Position numbers and translations under genes: made by a program. Of a stretch of 64,000 nucleotides of DNA, positions 62,201 to 64,000 are shown piece after piece (position 1 is the first letter of the stretch; each line of letters starts with the position of its first letter). Origin of the DNA: Sedimentisphaerales bacterium (GTDB lineage: Bacteria > Planctomycetota > Phycisphaerae > Sedimentisphaerales > SM23-30); assembly GCA_963666285.1 (NCBI GenBank), contig OY762711.1; one strand, written 5' to 3'. The notes under the pieces were generated by a model, which worked only from the letters and a program-made list of their open reading frames with translations, made no database searches and was not told the origin of the DNA.

Positions 62201-62302
62201 GTTTTGACAGAGTCTGGTAAGAAATGCAGCTTGAGCCGGGAAGGCGGCAAGTATGTATATCAGCTGAGATCGGGCAAGTATAAATTCTTGCTGGCAAAGT
62301 AG
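59291..62302 (+). CDS. Alpha-L-rhamnosidase GH78, paralog 2
   Basis: Highly similar to paralog 1 throughout; PTDCPQRNERLGWTGD. Confidence 0.93.
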   Translation: MPKMNLKNLLLLVLLAVSYLCGSVSADVAAADKLTVNEGFVDPIGFYASDVDFSWILPQGGSVESQSAYQVAAASSPKLLPDKADLWNSGKVNSSQSIHVKYEGKKLSSRQKVYWMVRYWDQSGRRSKWSKAGTIEFGLLNNTDWRGSWIYMKEKDTGASKDASKIKVLKAVYGAKDDASKQIDLTKKVQNSVDGRKYAVSASNAFAGDDPAYGVEKVMLLEYMLNDEKVVTEVKENSYFNLVTKKGGQPAATDYVPEYLRKEFKVKQPVESARLYVTAKGLYEVYLNGEKIGKDYMVPGWTPYEKRIETVTYDVTKQVKRRDNALAAILGEGWYAGDLMGKPVKYPAVHPQFLAQLEITFKDGTVQRVVTDGSWKATNEGPIRYSSIYHGETYDAAKEMAGWNDTGYDAGGWNSVVTLPVESNVSLVPKRHNTVQVEAGLKTQTVNEPSKGKYVFDLGQNMVGWPELKLPLKAGQKLTVRYAEMLEKDGTLYTANYRGAKSTDYYTASEDGVVSWHPTFTFHGFRYVELSGFSEGVKPKKNWVTGCVLHSAFGQTGKFESSHAKLNKLQSNITWGQRGNYLEVPTDCPQRNERLGWTGDAQVFCPTSLFNYDVHSFWASWLESMREDQRKDGYIPNVVPSVSCGHGSPGWGDVSVVSPWDVYVRTGDLDILRDNYEMMKGWTGAYEREAKDYIVNRNGFGDWLQPYPANGNFADTQMDIIATAYFGRCSLIMAQAAKKLGKEEDVRKYGKQFANIRKAFSSKYFDEKGKLTVKTPTQTAYLMGLGYDLLEPGQREGAVQGLLELIEKADGHLRTGFLGTPLINRVLEECGHPDIAFQVLFKETYPSWFFSINQGATTMWERWNSFSHKDGFGDAGMNSFNHYAYGAIDQFMVERIAGLAPDWKNSGYKHFYIQPTPGEPLTWVRAEYQSPYGKAASGWKMTKKGLEIEAVVPTNTTATLVVPVLSAGEPVLTESGKKCSLSREGGKYVYQLRSGKYKFLLAK

Positions 62303-62333
62303 TAATAATAGATTAGTTAAACTTTTGTATCAC

Positions 62334-62380
62334 AAGCAAGTTTGGCAACCTGAAAAGGCCGCTAAACTTGCTTTTTTTTT
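62334..62380 (+). terminator. Intrinsic terminator (paralog of 58592)
   Basis: AAGCAAGTTTGGC/GCTAAACTTGCTT stem plus T-run. Confidence 0.7.
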
Positions 62381-62453
62381 GTAACCTATTTCAATATAGA
62401 GTGTAGAAGTGGTTGGAAGTTATTCAATTAGAACGAATAAGGAGATATATGGT

Positions 62454-63056
62454 ATGAAGCCTGTAATATGCAGTAAGTGCAATGGAGAGATACGGGAATG
62501 GTCGGAGTTTTGTCCGGAATGCGGAGAGGAGATCGAGAATTTTGCCCGTCCGGCCGGGTTTTGGATACGGTTTGGGGCTCATATAATTGATGATTTGATA
62601 ATTATTCCGATAGGAATTCTGGCATTCTGGAATATTTTGTCACTAAAGAGTATGTCACTTATGTTTGTGCTGGGTGGTGTCGGGCTGGTCTATAAGCCGT
62701 TTATGGAAGCCTTTTGCGGGGCAACGGTTGGTAAGATGCTGTGCGGGATAAAGGTGGTGAATGATAAGAGTGAAAAGCTGTCTTTGATGAGTGCATATAT
62801 CCGCTTTCTTCCGTTTCTGGGTTCTACGGTGGTAAGTTTACTGGGTCAATATTTTTTGTTCAGTTCAGAAGACTTTGCGACGATTACTACCTTGCTTGAA
62901 TATAGTCAGACACAGCAGAGTAACGGGCCAGATTTTGTGGGTCTAGCTTTGGGGGTAATAGTTATTGTTGACTGTTTATTTGCTGCGTTCACCTTCAGGA
63001 AGCGAGCTTTGCATGATATGATGGCAGATTCGTATTGTGTGTATAGAGCAATTTAA
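62454..63056 (+). CDS. RDD family protein with N-terminal zinc ribbon
   Basis: C..C...FCPECG; AGFWIRFGA.IID, T.GK...IKVV and LHD..A motifs; AAGGAG SD. Confidence 0.88.
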   Translation: MKPVICSKCNGEIREWSEFCPECGEEIENFARPAGFWIRFGAHIIDDLIIIPIGILAFWNILSLKSMSLMFVLGGVGLVYKPFMEAFCGATVGKMLCGIKVVNDKSEKLSLMSAYIRFLPFLGSTVVSLLGQYFLFSSEDFATITTLLEYSQTQQSNGPDFVGLALGVIVIVDCLFAAFTFRKRALHDMMADSYCVYRAI

Positions 63057-63274
63057 TTTTTATGCTTCGCATCACTTTGTGGCGTGTTCGCTTTTTGCCT
63101 GTTGCGGTTTCGGCTGACTACATCAGAAATACTCGCAATATATGAATATTACTGTGTTTTCTTCTTTGTCAGCCTCGTCCTCACAGAGGCATAAATCGGA
63201 ACAGAAAATATTAAAGTGCTCTAAAGAAACGAAATGAGTTAGAATGCTTTAGTCTGGCGTTATACGTTTGGTAT

Positions 63275-64000
63275 TTATTTTACGGTTAGGGCAATGGGGC
63301 GGCTGGTGCAGCTGCCGGAATCGTTGGTGAAGGTTACTGTGTATTGGCCGCTATCATTGGCGTCAGCGTTTTTGATTTTGAGTGTTGGTTTGGTACAGCC
63401 GGTGATTGCAGTGCCGTTTTTGTACCATTGGCAGACGGGATCAGGCACGGCGGCGGTTTTAACGGACAGTTCTGCCGTGTGGCCGGGTTGGACGGTAAGG
63501 TTGTCAGGTTGGGAGAGGATTAGAGGTGCCAGTTGTGGCTGCCAGCCGCCGAGGATATATGCCGGGGTGCTGTAGTTAATGATAGTTTCGGCATCGTCTG
63601 GCATTTTCAGCTGACGAGAGGCGGGGTGGCGCTGACTGGTATCGACCGGTGTGCCGTCGGCGAGGCTGGTGCTGTTGTATTCCCAGTAGTGAATGTTTGT
63701 GCAGTCGTCGCAGATGCGTCCCCAGCCGACAGGCGATATGCCTTCGAGGGCACAGTTCAGCAAAACGGCTTCAGCGTGCGGGTAGTTGTATTTTTTGTTC
63801 TGGGGAGCGCGTGCGATTTCTGTCTGGCGTCCGTTGAGGGTTTTGAAGGAGCAGTTTAGGAATATATTGCCATGGTTGGCTTCGGTGTTGCGGATCCACA
63901 TGTAGACGTAGCCGGTCGAGTACATCCGGCAACGGTCGAAGAAGGTTGGGCCTCGTCCGAGTACGATATCGCCGCCGCCGGTGACGCTGCAGTTTTTGAG
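63275..64000 (-). CDS. Pectinesterase (CE8)-like protein with C-terminal Ig-like domain (5' partial)
   Basis: Frame open to the window end: C.V.GGGDI.LG.G..FF..C; H G.IF.NC; I...GW; YWEYNS; Ig segment 'I.SQP...QWYKNG..I.G...L.I...DSG.Y'. Confidence 0.78.
   Translation of the reverse strand, partial: LKNCSVTGGGDIVLGRGPTFFDRCRMYSTGYVYMWIRNTEANHGNIFLNCSFKTLNGRQTEIARAPQNKKYNYPHAEAVLLNCALEGISPVGWGRICDDCTNIHYWEYNSTSLADGTPVDTSQRHPASRQLKMPDDAETIINYSTPAYILGGWQPQLAPLILSQPDNLTVQPGHTAELSVKTAAVPDPVCQWYKNGTAITGCTKPTLKIKNADANDSGQYTVTFTNDSGSCTSRPIALTVK

Overview
Bacterial chromosomal window, most likely from Planctomycetota (Phycisphaerae/Sedimentisphaerales-like). This is inferred from the C-terminal dockerin-like 'GD.N.DC.VN..D....W' tags, PEP-CTERM proteins and the abundance of ECF sigma factors. 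0-8 kb holds metabolic genes (DAHP synthase, threonine aldolase, MFS, D-lactate dehydrogenase, DUF2235, GH43). 8-22 kb holds five minus-strand ECF sigma/anti-sigma cassettes whose anti-sigmas share a conserved TM-linker segment but have divergent LolA/RseB-like extracytoplasmic parts. 22-38 kb holds secreted and carbohydrate-active genes, including an ECF-FecR pair followed by three genes sharing one CBM-like domain. 38-44 kb holds tRNA-Pro, an FHA protein, a sigma-70, a YbjQ pair, PrsW, and a second DAHP synthase with an unannotated Tyr/Phe/Trp-rich leader-peptide attenuator. 44-55 kb is a mosaic of short-period repeat modules hit by two IS1111-type (IS110 family) elements and a group II intron. 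The IS non-coding end carries a readable bridge/seekRNA-like loop matching the repeat target, and the intron EBS1 matches a neighbouring 7-mer repeat. This zone also has an orphan Rhs toxin tip/immunity cassette. 55-64 kb holds tandem GH78 rhamnosidases, an RDD protein and a partial pectinesterase-like gene. All family calls are by-eye motif recognition, not database searches.
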